A stretch of DNA of 63,675 nt, the filler included, from Salisapilia sapeloensis CBS 127946 (taxonomy: Eukaryota > Protista > Oomycota): the NCBI GenBank assembly GCA_023334545.1. It is 5 parts of 5 records of this genome, joined end to end, with 100 filler letters (N's around TTAATTAATTAA, not from the genome) between each part and the next. Parts side by side here need not be neighbours in the genome. Positions count along the whole stretch, not along the records: positions 48,425 to 60,473 come from JAADVB010000419.1; positions 60,574 to 63,675 come from JAADVB010000790.1; 3 more parts are not named here. The stretch is one strand, 5' to 3'. Each line of letters begins with the position of its first letter. The stretch's first letter is position 1. Under the pieces are notes generated by a model, which was not told where the DNA came from, searched no databases, and saw only the letters and a list, made by a program, of their open reading frames with translations. Position numbers and translations under genes: made by a program. This document shows positions 54,445 to 63,675 of the stretch, piece after piece.

Positions 54445-57400
54445 CTAAGAATAGAAGGTGGCGTCAAGAGATAGCATCCGGTTGTCTGGAATCACGTGCA
54501 CTTGTCTGGCTTCGTTTCGTGGCTCAATAGCAGCTTCGTTTGGTTCAGCGTTTACCCCTCGTAGCCTACGAAGCAACTTTCTGTCCATCGCGGTCGGGTT
54601 CGGTGGAGACTGGAGCAGATCCCGAGGCGCCTAAACCATCGTGTCGTCAAACAGCACTCGACTCAGCCAGCTTACTCTTTATAGAAGTTAGGTGATTAGC
54701 GTCTGGTCCATGCAGGTCCGCCATACATACCTTTTTGATTAGATACTTGTGGAGTATCGGTCTGTCCTTAATACTGTTATGATGAGATGTTGTGTCTCCT
54801 TTCGTTGGATCTTTCGAATCATGAGCTCCAAAATGCTCGGACGGTGGAGCGACTCGAGTAGATCGATCACTTAGCTTCTGCAGTCGAGACTTTCCGTCCG
54901 ATTTCATCTTGGACGGAGAGCGATCAAAGTACTTTGACTCTGTCTTTTCAAAGCGCTTAAACGGATTTACGACCATCTTTTCCTTCCAATCGGACGACTT
55001 GGTACGCTTTGCTTCCTGAACTTCACTCTTGAGCTCATAGTCTTTTGGCTTCCTCTTTCTGTGGCTGAAAGATTTGCGAGCAACATGGTAATCGGTGGGT
55101 GAATCTTTGTGGTTGCTAACGTCTGGAATTACGTCCACGTGACACTTGACTAGATGACAGGGCTGGTTCTTAGGCCGAGCAACTGCGTTGGAGTCTTTTC
55201 TCTTGGAAGTTGAGGGAGCAGATGAAAGTAAAAGTTTGGGAGGTACATGACCTTTCGGTGTCTGGCTAAACCTAGGTGGTCGGACTGCAGCTGAATAACG
55301 AGCAGACTCGGGCGCAGGAGCTTTGGTCTTGTCGTAAGCCTCTGTGGACCTAGATGTAGGTGTTGGGAAAGCTTTTGGAACAGGACGGGTGCGTGTAGAA
55401 ACCTGGGTAATTGAAGCAGGTGGAATCAAGGATACTGGAGGAGTAAACGGACGCTCGTAGTGAGTGTCCTCCACTTTAATGCGCGAGCTTGCATCATTCA
55501 GACCCCCCTCGTTATCGTTCAAGGTGTACGGAGCATCCGGTAAGTGTTCCATCGCAGCGGGAGAGCTCCGCTGGGTATTAATCGTTGGTATGTACTCGTC
55601 AATCTCGACGTTCGGTTTCTGCTTTGGCACTCGGAAAAAGCGTGTCAAGTCTAACCCAACGTAACCTTCTGGCAGGATCTTTACGTGCACTGTGAATCTC
55701 TTGGTCAGGTCGACTGCAAGAGGTATTGACACAGGAGCGACTTGTTCTTTTTTAAAGAGTAAAAGCCTTTCTTCTGTCCATACAATCAACGCAAATGCGT
55801 CGTTTTGTTTCGTGTCGTGCGCATTGTCAGGATGAGTCTTCACTGTCAGCACAGCATCTTCTTTCAGTTCAGCCTCAAACGTCGGTAGTTTTGCTGCGCA
55901 TTCTATTATGTCCTGCGCTCTGTCTGCTTTTCGTTTTATATATTTCTGCAGCTCAGTTGGAGAAGAGTTTGCTAGCTGAGCAATAGAATGAATGCCAATA
56001 AACGTCAATCCCGCTGCTATCGTGTCATCAACGCCTTTGACTTGTGCAAGGACTGCTGCTCCAGCGCTATCATTCCACCGCCTCAGTCGTAAACTTCGCC
56101 ACAGACTGAAAGCTGTGACGAGTTCATTGGTACAGCCGCGACTGTACAAGTGATCCACGAGCGCTTGACAGGAAAATTGTTCAGTACTATTAATCAGCTA
56201 TACTTTGATAGTCTCATATAGGAACTCACCTGCCATGATGCGACTGGAAGCTTCAAGTGTTTCCTCCATGTCGGCTTGAAGACCATAGTCATTGAATACA
56301 CTCCGATTCATGGCTGCTTGCAAAAGTATATTGGCTTTGACTATCGACGATATCGCAGTGGACTTGGAGTCCTTCTCATGGACACGGTACCGAAGGTATT
56401 TCGTACTTAATTCCTTTAAAAATGCTTTCTCGCTTCGTCGAACTGGATGGTAGCATTCATTGCACATGGAGAGCACAGTTAGGATGCTGCGGAAGGTTGA
56501 ATATGCTTCTGGATGGCTTTCAAGCAGTAGCTTCATCGTCAGTAAAGAGACACAACGTCTAGACATGATTTCGCCTGCAATCGTAGACCAAAGTGTGCCT
56601 GTGCTTTTATCTAACGTGGCGACTCCGTGGAGACATAACTCAGAGATGGCTCGATCACAGACTCTGTCTACTTCCAAAGTGCTTCTCTTTAAGGCAAAAT
56701 ACGTCGACTATAAAAGAAACTAGATTATTACCACTCTACCACGATTGAAAGACTACTATGTAGCATACCTGGATCCACTCGTGAGCCTCATCTTTACTTT
56801 TGACAGTACTGGCAACGATTTCGACGTTCAAGATTTCTGCAAGCCGACTGTCGAGGACACTGTCGACTTTGAAGGAATGGCGTCCACTTGTACAGCAGCA
56901 TATTTGAGTGCTTGTGTGCATTTAGAAGGATTTAAAAAGCCGAGTTACCTGCAGACTTGTCTGTAGTGCTCCTTCATATCCGTCTTTGTCATGATGACTG
57001 CCGTTGCAGAGCTTTTCGACAGTTCGTCAAATATATCATACAAAAGTACTTGCTAACAGAACCAGTACGTGTCCATGCCCGGTCTTCCTGCCCTTCCCAT
57101 CATTTGCAAAATGGTGGACGCTGGATACTCTTTGTACTGATTGTCTCCGTCATACGTTTGAGTCGATTTCACAATGACAAGGTGTGCTGGCTGCAGTAAA
57201 GTTGGTTAGAAGCCTTGTAAAAGACTTGAAGTGAAATCCTCTCTAGCGTCCATGCAGTTACCAAGTTTACACCCACGGCCAACGAGCTCGTGCAGCTAAA
57301 CAAAATGTATTGTCGAAACGTCTAGTCAGATCTATTCGGCAAGTAGCATACAGCAAACTATTTTGTACCACAAGATAGAGAGGTTGCCGTCTCGAAACTC

Positions 57401-59222
57401 TTTCTCAATGAATGCTCTACGCAATGTAGTTAGTACTACTCAGCTGCTAATGTTTGTCTCCGTACCTTTGTGGTGGTGTCAGTCCGGCATGATGGTAGCC
57501 GACACCCACAGCTATCGTGTTGAGCCAACTTTCGTCGTCTGAGACCTATTGCAAAGTGTGTTACGCATTCTGTAATTTCGCTCGTAAGAGTAACATCTCA
57601 CCTCTTTTGCTTTTCTCAACAATCGCTACAGTGTATTCTTGTTTGGGTAGCTGTTTTATGCTTTTAAGTAGTTTTAACGTACCTCGAGCGATTCATTTGA
57701 TTCTTCGTCTAGCAAGCGCTCTTTGACTTCAATAGCAAGCTGCCTGGTAGTAACCTGATTTAGATATGATTTTTGAGTAATTTACGACGCTCACATACTG
57801 TGCTAATCGTGCCGTTGCAGTCCGAGAGACACAGAAAACCAACGTGGATTTTCCACCGGAAAAATCTTTGATAACGGAGTAGACTTGCTTATCTAGAAAC
57901 CTGGGCACAATGATGCGATTTGAGTTCCGACTCAGATGACTTCTTGTCGATCAGATTGAAAGAGTTGACGTACCTCTCAAAGACAAAGCCGTTGGAGCCA
58001 GGCCGGTAACCCAACACATGATATGAAAGTGGTACTATATCAATTCGATACACACAAAGTTACGTGAGGGCTAATAGCATATATTGCATCGTTCATTACC
58101 TGGGCGAAAGTCATTCCCAAACTGTTGTGATTAGTCATAGAAAAATAGTTAAGTGTATGAGTTTAGATTGGAGATACTTCATCATCAGCTCACTTGCAGA
58201 CAGTTCTCTTTGGAACACCCTATCCAAGCGGCAATGTCATCCATATTCGAAAACGTGGCCGATAGGCCTATGATGCGTCTGAAAAGGAAATAGGTAAGCC
58301 TCTATGAGGACTTATGTGAAGAGAGGTTTCGTCTGCGCACAGTCTCGACGCTTCTATCTGCTGCTGGCTAGCTTTCTTCATTAGAGTGCGATGCTTGAGC
58401 TGGCAAATAATTGCCTCTAGCGTTGATCCTCTAGCTTGGTCCCCAATGTGGTGAATTTCGTCTATTAGCAAAACATCGATCTGCTTCTCGAAACTCTTTT
58501 AAGATACGACATCCTCATCGTTAGTACTATGTGACCCTTTCATTGACTCGCGCCAATGTCTATTGCCACTGCGCTACACTACCGAGTTAGGTCCGAGGTT
58601 TCTTGAGATGACATCCCACTAGTGTACAAAGTTAAATCTGTTATCACACTGTGGGAGGTAGACAAATTGTAACGCTAGCGCCTACCTTTTCAGGTGTGCT
58701 GAGGAGAACATGCGCAGCGTTCAGATCTTTGTTCGTGTATACTGCATCGCTTGACAGTTCCAAGAACTCCATGCCCACTGTGTTCTCGCCGAATCTCACT
58801 CTCCAGTCTTCCAATCTAGAGACAGCGTCATCTGTGTTAAAGTGCAAAGGTTTTTATGGATGGCAATGTGACGAGTAGCAACCTCTCTTGAAGCAACGAC
58901 TTGGCAGGTGCAATGTAAAGTGTTTTTCCACTCTGCTTGCGATGAAATGATCGCAAGAACGCGGCTTCGCATATACTCGTCTTCCCCGATCCTTTTACAT
59001 ACTTTGGTGAGCACAGAATCTCCAGGACACCGCAGGACGTAGATAGCCAAAGAAAGTTGAAGCAGAACGTAGCGTACCGGTGGGAGCACACACGACCATA
59101 CTGTCGTCTGTGGCAAACGCCTTGGTCATGCACTTTTGCTGTACGCTCGTGAAGTGATTGTACTTGAAGCACGGATGCAGGTAGCGGGGGAAGACGTCGT
59201 CTAAAACAAAAGCTTCCGCCAT
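54445..59222 (-). CDS. HFM1: Meiotic Ski2-like DExH helicase MER3/HFM1 with Sec63 domain, many exons
   Basis: FTSVQQKC...VVCAPTG|SGKT, LYIAPAKSL, STPEK, IDEIH, GVGYHHAGL, SSLAVGVNL|PAHLVIVKST, QMMGRAGRPG and Sec63 KANILLQA. Last exon probably extends to stop 54445 (alternative stop 54647). Confidence 0.88.
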
Positions 59223-59330
59223 GTCGCCTGTAGTTCAATTGCTTCAACTCGGAGTTTCGTAAAATAGCTCCAGAGTCGATTTATCCGCCACCAAAATCCG
59301 AGCGACCACATTTATTGCATCGAGCTCAGG

Positions 59331-60473
59331 ATGAAGCTTCTGAAGAAACAAGTGAGTGAAAAGGATGGCAATGGGAGTGTCGTGCTGCGTGCCGAAGAGC
59401 CAGAGGATATGTGGCACGTATACAACCTCATCCACGTCGGAGATCGCGTGAAAACCACCACGATTCGAAAGGTACCCGGCTAGTTCTACCGAAGTCGATG
59501 CGATCATATCTCACAAGGACGTTTCCATCGCGTAGGTGAACAAGGAGAGCACGACAGGGTCTGTTAGTAGTCAGAGAGTGCGCCTGACACTCGAGATTGA
59601 GGTAATTATAGCTGTCTTTGCATGTATAGCCCCACTCATTCCTGTCGAGTAGGTGGAACAAACCAACTTTGACCAAGACACGTGCGTTCTCCGACTAAGT
59701 GGAAAGAATATTCTCGAGAATCAGCATGTTCGCGTATGTATTCTCTAGTCTACAGCAGTGTTATTCGAAGCATTAATGACAAAGGGATGCAGTTAGGAGC
59801 GTACCATACGATGGATCTGGAGATGAACCGCAATTTCACGCTGAGTAAAAATGTGTGGGACGTCATGTCTCTCGAACGCATCGATCTCGCGACGGACATT
59901 GCTAAGCAAGCCGAACTTGCTGCTGTTGTCATGCAGACAGGTCTGGCTCACTTGTGTCTGATCAAAGGTCACATGACAGTCATTAAAGCCCGAATCGAAA
60001 AGAGTATCCCAAAGAAAAGAACCGGGAGCTCGGCGCATGGTAAAAGCACTCACAAGTTCTACGAAGATGTCATCCGCTCCATCAAGCAGCACATTGACTT
60101 TAGTCTGGTCAAATGTGTCCTCCTGGCCTCGCCTGGATTTGTCAAGGACGACTTTCACAAGTACATGATGGAGCAGGCGGTCAAGCTAGACGATAAGGCA
60201 ATTTTGGACCACAAGGGCAAGTTTTTACTTTGCCATGCGTCTTCTGGTCACAAGCATGCTCTCGATGAAGTTTTGAACGATCCCGTATGCCCATATCTAT
60301 AGAGTCTAGGCATGATGGATGGGTAGATTTAACTAACTGTACATGGTAATAGTCGATCCAGTCGCAGGTGGCAGATACAAAGGCTGTGGAGGATGTCCAG
60401 TGCCTCGAGACCTTCTTCAAGATGCTGCATCAGGACCAAGACAGAGCTTACTACGGCTACAAGCATGTGATGA
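59331..60473 (+). CDS. PELO: Pelota/Dom34 ribosome rescue factor (3'-truncated), multi-exon
   Basis: MKLLKK...EEPEDMWHVYNLIHVGDRVKTTTIRK, LGAYHTMDLE, LAAVVMQTGLAHLCLI, IPKKR and LASPGFVKDDF. Confidence 0.94.
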
Positions 60474-60573
60474 NNNNNNNNNNNNNNNNNNNNNNNNNNN
60501 NNNNNNNNNNNNNNNNNTTAATTAATTAANNNNNNNNNNNNNNNNNNNNNNNNNNNNNNNNNNNNNNNNNNNN
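60474..60573. other. Artificial contig-joining spacer
   Basis: 44 N + TTAATTAATTAA + 44 N. Confidence 0.97.
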
Positions 60574-61295
60574 CCAAGCAAAAGTGTACCCACCACGCGC
60601 CTTCCGACAGCTTCAACGTGTGCAATCTGCATGGTGGTCCGAGTCCAGCTACTGGAGCTTCTAGACCGCTAGGTGAAGCTGTACGCTGCTTTCACTTGAA
60701 TTACCGGTATCTCTTTCGCACGGATGCGCATAAAGTGAAAACTCAGGACTCGCTCCATGCTAGCCGGTCCGGGATCCCATCGTCTATAAAGAAATGGATT
60801 CGCCCGACGAACAGCAAGTCGCACATGCTCTCCGACATGGCATCTTGCAATGGTTCGTACCACTTTCTGTCCACAGAGCACGCACTTGAAAGATGACTCT
60901 GCCTATCTCAGCAAAAGTCCAAGTGTCCACAGTTTCGGCGAAAATGAGCCAGCATGTTTGTTCGTAGGCAATGCAGCATCGACATCGATCGTGGCAATCC
61001 GAATACACAAGTCTGTCTCTGATGGGCAGAGGTAGACCCGCCGGCTCGGATAAACGGATGGAGTCCAACGCTTTGATCAAGAAAGAATCCACCTCTGCAC
61101 CAAAATCGAGCACATTCCGTCGAAAGATATGAAACGTTGCAGCCACTTGAACCAACAAAGTACACGATACCGTCTGCACCCACAAATCGGATGCGCCCAA
61201 TCTGCACCCATCTATTTCAACTATCAGTGGCGCCAACTGCTCCATTCCGCCCGAAATCATCATTTGGAACTATTTGCCATCGGAGACTACGCGCG

Positions 61296-62165
61296 ATGCA
61301 TCGATCTGTTCCAACCACGCTCGGCAGAGCGCTGCTGCTGCTGCAATGCTTCCTATTCGCCTACGTCCAGGCAACCACGCGCCACCTCAAAGGCTCCGAC
61401 TCGGGTGCAGCCTCCGAGCTAGCCTCCGAGTCCACCTCCGGCTCGGCTTCCGAGGAAGAGAATGAGGATACGCCGACGCACATCCTGTCGTCGACAAAGC
61501 ACTTGCAGGTGGCACCGTCCATCGCAGCGGCCATCCTGGGTGTGGCTGGCGCTGGTATTTGTATGGCCGGCTACAAGCTCTTCCGCCCCACGACGTTCGT
61601 CTGCGCCTTCCTCGTCGGAGGCTACTTCTTGGCGAGCATCGCCGAGACCGCTTTCAAGAACACCGAGTACCAGACGATCGCGTCGTGGATCACGTTCGCG
61701 GCGGCCGGCATGATCTGCGGCTTCACCGTCCTCTTCCTGTACAACCTCGGTATCTTTTTGGCCGGTGCCGCCGCAGGTGCGCTCTTGGCTTTGACGCTGA
61801 ACACGCAGCTGGGTCCGCAGATCTGGCCAGACCAGCCGGACGTGATGGCCGTCATCTTCTGCATCGTCCTGGGTATCATCGGAGGCGTCTTGGCGCTCAA
61901 GCTGGAGCGGCCAGTGCTGATCGTGTGCACGGCGTTCGTGGGCGCGGCGCTGTTCGTGATAGCCGTGGGCCACTTTGCCGGCAACTTCCCGAACGGCACG
62001 GACCTCAAGCAGTACGCCAAGCAGCTGGACGACGGCCACTACGAGTACCATCTCCCGGACGCCTGGTACGGGTACCTCGGCGGTCTGTTGGTTCTATTTG
62101 TGCTCGGCATGCTCGTGCAGTTCACGCGCACGGCGCCGGCCGAGCAGGTTCATAAGCGACATTAA
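61296..62165 (+). CDS. TM7S3/TMEM198-like (DUF4203) multi-pass membrane protein, paralog 1
   Basis: Signal peptide, acidic ectodomain, GICMAGYKLFRPTTFVCAFLVGG, LERPVLIVCTAFVGA and about 7 TM segments. Confidence 0.85.
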   Translation: MHRSVPTTLGRALLLLQCFLFAYVQATTRHLKGSDSGAASELASESTSGSASEEENEDTPTHILSSTKHLQVAPSIAAAILGVAGAGICMAGYKLFRPTTFVCAFLVGGYFLASIAETAFKNTEYQTIASWITFAAAGMICGFTVLFLYNLGIFLAGAAAGALLALTLNTQLGPQIWPDQPDVMAVIFCIVLGIIGGVLALKLERPVLIVCTAFVGAALFVIAVGHFAGNFPNGTDLKQYAKQLDDGHYEYHLPDAWYGYLGGLLVLFVLGMLVQFTRTAPAEQVHKRH

Positions 62166-62619
62166 GTAGGTTTCCACGGTGCGAATGAACTGTCGTTTGC
62201 GTCTTCTTTTTTTGTTTTTTTGTCGCGTCGTGTGGAGGTGTACGAATCGGTTTCTAGTCAACGTACAAGAGAAGCATTCGGCTATCAGTCTCTGAGCCTC
62301 TGAAGAAATACCTGCACTGGCAACAAGCCGCCGACCCCATCCGACGGACACTCGTGGTACTCGATGACCAGATGGCTTCGCCTGCAATTTTCACTCGGCA
62401 AATGAGTTTTTCCCACGTGCTATTGACACCCTCTGTCACGGCGTCTCCGGCTGCCGGACGAGTGGAAACTCAGGAGACGCACAAACGACCGACGCTCAAA
62501 CCGTGGCAATAGGCACCGTCAGGTCGCGCCATGACCAACTTGTCTGCTTCAAAATTTACATGACGATGATGCGACTCCGAGCCATTCCTCACTCTCTCTC
62601 TCTCCATTGCTACCGTTAA

Positions 62620-63552
62620 ATGGCGCCTTCGCCCTTCTATCTATGCCTCTTGCTCCTCTCCACCGTCGCCGCGGCTTCTAGTTCCTCGGACGCATCCGAC
62701 GCATCCGACGATGAAAACACCGTCACCAACGTCCTCGGCGACGCAGGAGACCTCAACATCGGCGCATCCGTCATCGCTGGCATCGCCATCGTCGTCGGCA
62801 TCGCCATGACCTTTGGCGGCTACCGGCTCTTCCGACTCGCCATGTTCGTCACAGGCTTCCTCGTCGGAGGATACTTTATCGCCTGGGGCATCGAAGAGGG
62901 GCTGTCCAGCAAGAGCTGGGTCGTCGAGGCCTCCTGGGTCGGCTTCTTCCTCGGCGGACTCGTCGTCGGCAGCCTCGTGCTCGTGTTCTACCACCTCGGC
63001 ATCTTCGCCGGAGGGGCCGGCGCAGGGGTTCTGCTCGCCTACGTCCTCAACACGGCGGTCGGGCATAAAATCTACTCGGACGACCCCAAGATCGTCTTCA
63101 TCGTCATGGCCGTCATCTTTGGCGTCCTGCTCGGCATCCTGGCCATCATGGTCGAGCGGCCGGCGCTCATCGTCACCACGAGCTTCGTCGGCGCCGGCCT
63201 CTTCATATGGGGCATCGGGTACTTTGCCGGAGACTTTCCGAGCGGCGACGAGATCAAGACCTTCCGGTTGTCCAACGTGGACGAGGCCTGGATCGACGCC
63301 ATCCCGGACGCCTGGTGGGGCTACTTTGCCGCGCTCATCGTGCTCTCCGTCATCGGCGCCGTGGTCCAGTTCCGCCAGACGCCGCCGGCGCAGTTCAACT
63401 ACACTCGAGGACGCGCTGGTTGGATGGGCTACAACCGGGCCGTAGGTCGTCGGGAAGAAGACGACGACCGAGAGATTCCGTACCAAAGGTCCAACATGTC
63501 TCCTCGCGCCATGGAGGACGGCCGAGTCAACGGCGCCAACCGCTACGTCTAA
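62620..63552 (+). CDS. TM7S3/TMEM198-like (DUF4203) multi-pass membrane protein, paralog 2
   Basis: Signal peptide, GIAMTFGGYRLFRLAMFVTGFLVGG, VERPALIVTTSFVGA and PDAWWGY; same layout as the upstream copy. Confidence 0.87.
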   Translation: MAPSPFYLCLLLLSTVAAASSSSDASDASDDENTVTNVLGDAGDLNIGASVIAGIAIVVGIAMTFGGYRLFRLAMFVTGFLVGGYFIAWGIEEGLSSKSWVVEASWVGFFLGGLVVGSLVLVFYHLGIFAGGAGAGVLLAYVLNTAVGHKIYSDDPKIVFIVMAVIFGVLLGILAIMVERPALIVTTSFVGAGLFIWGIGYFAGDFPSGDEIKTFRLSNVDEAWIDAIPDAWWGYFAALIVLSVIGAVVQFRQTPPAQFNYTRGRAGWMGYNRAVGRREEDDDREIPYQRSNMSPRAMEDGRVNGANRYV

Positions 63553-63675
63553 ACTTATGAATAAAGAAAATGCAAACCTCGTTCCTTCTCTTCTCAATCC
63601 AACCGACTCCGCCGGTACCTACCGCCACTACTGTCTCGCGCCTCCCATCGACTCTTCCGGCCGTTCGGACGAAGA

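Noticed and set aside
7999-59222. Apparent DNA repair/recombination cluster (RFC-like, TDP1, H2A.X, RAD52, SIVA-like, MER3)
   Set aside because: The genes lie on three different contigs joined artificially and are interspersed with unrelated housekeeping genes.
60574-61290. ORFs upstream of the first DUF4203 gene, and its 53-aa N-terminal extension from 61137
   Set aside because: No domain signal; ATG 61296 gives a proper signal peptide.
61419-63597. Long antisense and alternate-frame ORFs (61419-62051, 62641-63597, 62813-63445; likewise 28444-29208, 25760-26353)
   Set aside because: Shadow ORFs expected opposite GC-rich or low-complexity genes; no independent motifs.
1-63675. tRNA, rRNA, CRISPR arrays, transposase/RT/integrase ORFs and prokaryotic operon features
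   Set aside because: None seen by eye; a tRNAscan-SE, Infernal and RepeatMasker run would be needed to exclude small ncRNAs or decayed elements.

Overview
Eukaryotic, gene-dense, intron-rich genomic DNA. It is most consistent with a flagellated oomycete or close stramenopile: GT-AG introns of about 49-76 nt, oomycete-type INR/FPR promoter cores, PX-RING and DUF4203 genes, and CCDC40. The window is not contiguous. Four identical 100-nt spacers (44 N + TTAATTAATTAA + 44 N) join five separate contigs: 1-21472, 21573-26793, 26894-48324, 48425-60473 and 60574-63675. Adjacency across spacers is therefore not biological. Recognisable genes include CCDC40, a beta-carbonic anhydrase, TDP1, SHQ1, a kinesin-14, an M14 carboxypeptidase, a GRK-like kinase tail, PX-RING E3, H2A.X, an ENT transporter, RalGAP-beta-like, PI4-kinase, RAD52, SEC61G, CacyBP, NLE1, MER3/HFM1, Pelota and two DUF4203 paralogs. 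Manual splicing recovers several genes that the ORF track fragments or misses. The most interesting are: (1) a secreted prepro-peptide with an acidic pro-region and a 45-aa Arg/Trp/Cys-rich two-repeat mature peptide resembling an antimicrobial peptide precursor; (2) a calmodulin-lobe + catalytically dead E2 (UEV) fusion; (3) an RFC clamp-loader-like AAA+ protein with degenerate catalytic motifs fused to Cys/His zinc-binding motifs; (4) a kinesin-14 with a CEP164-type WW module; (5) a minimal p62/NBR1-like PB1-LIR-UBA protein; (6) a beta-CA with a degenerate EF-hand lobe. All family assignments come from motif recall and manual alignment; no database search was run, so novelty is unverified.
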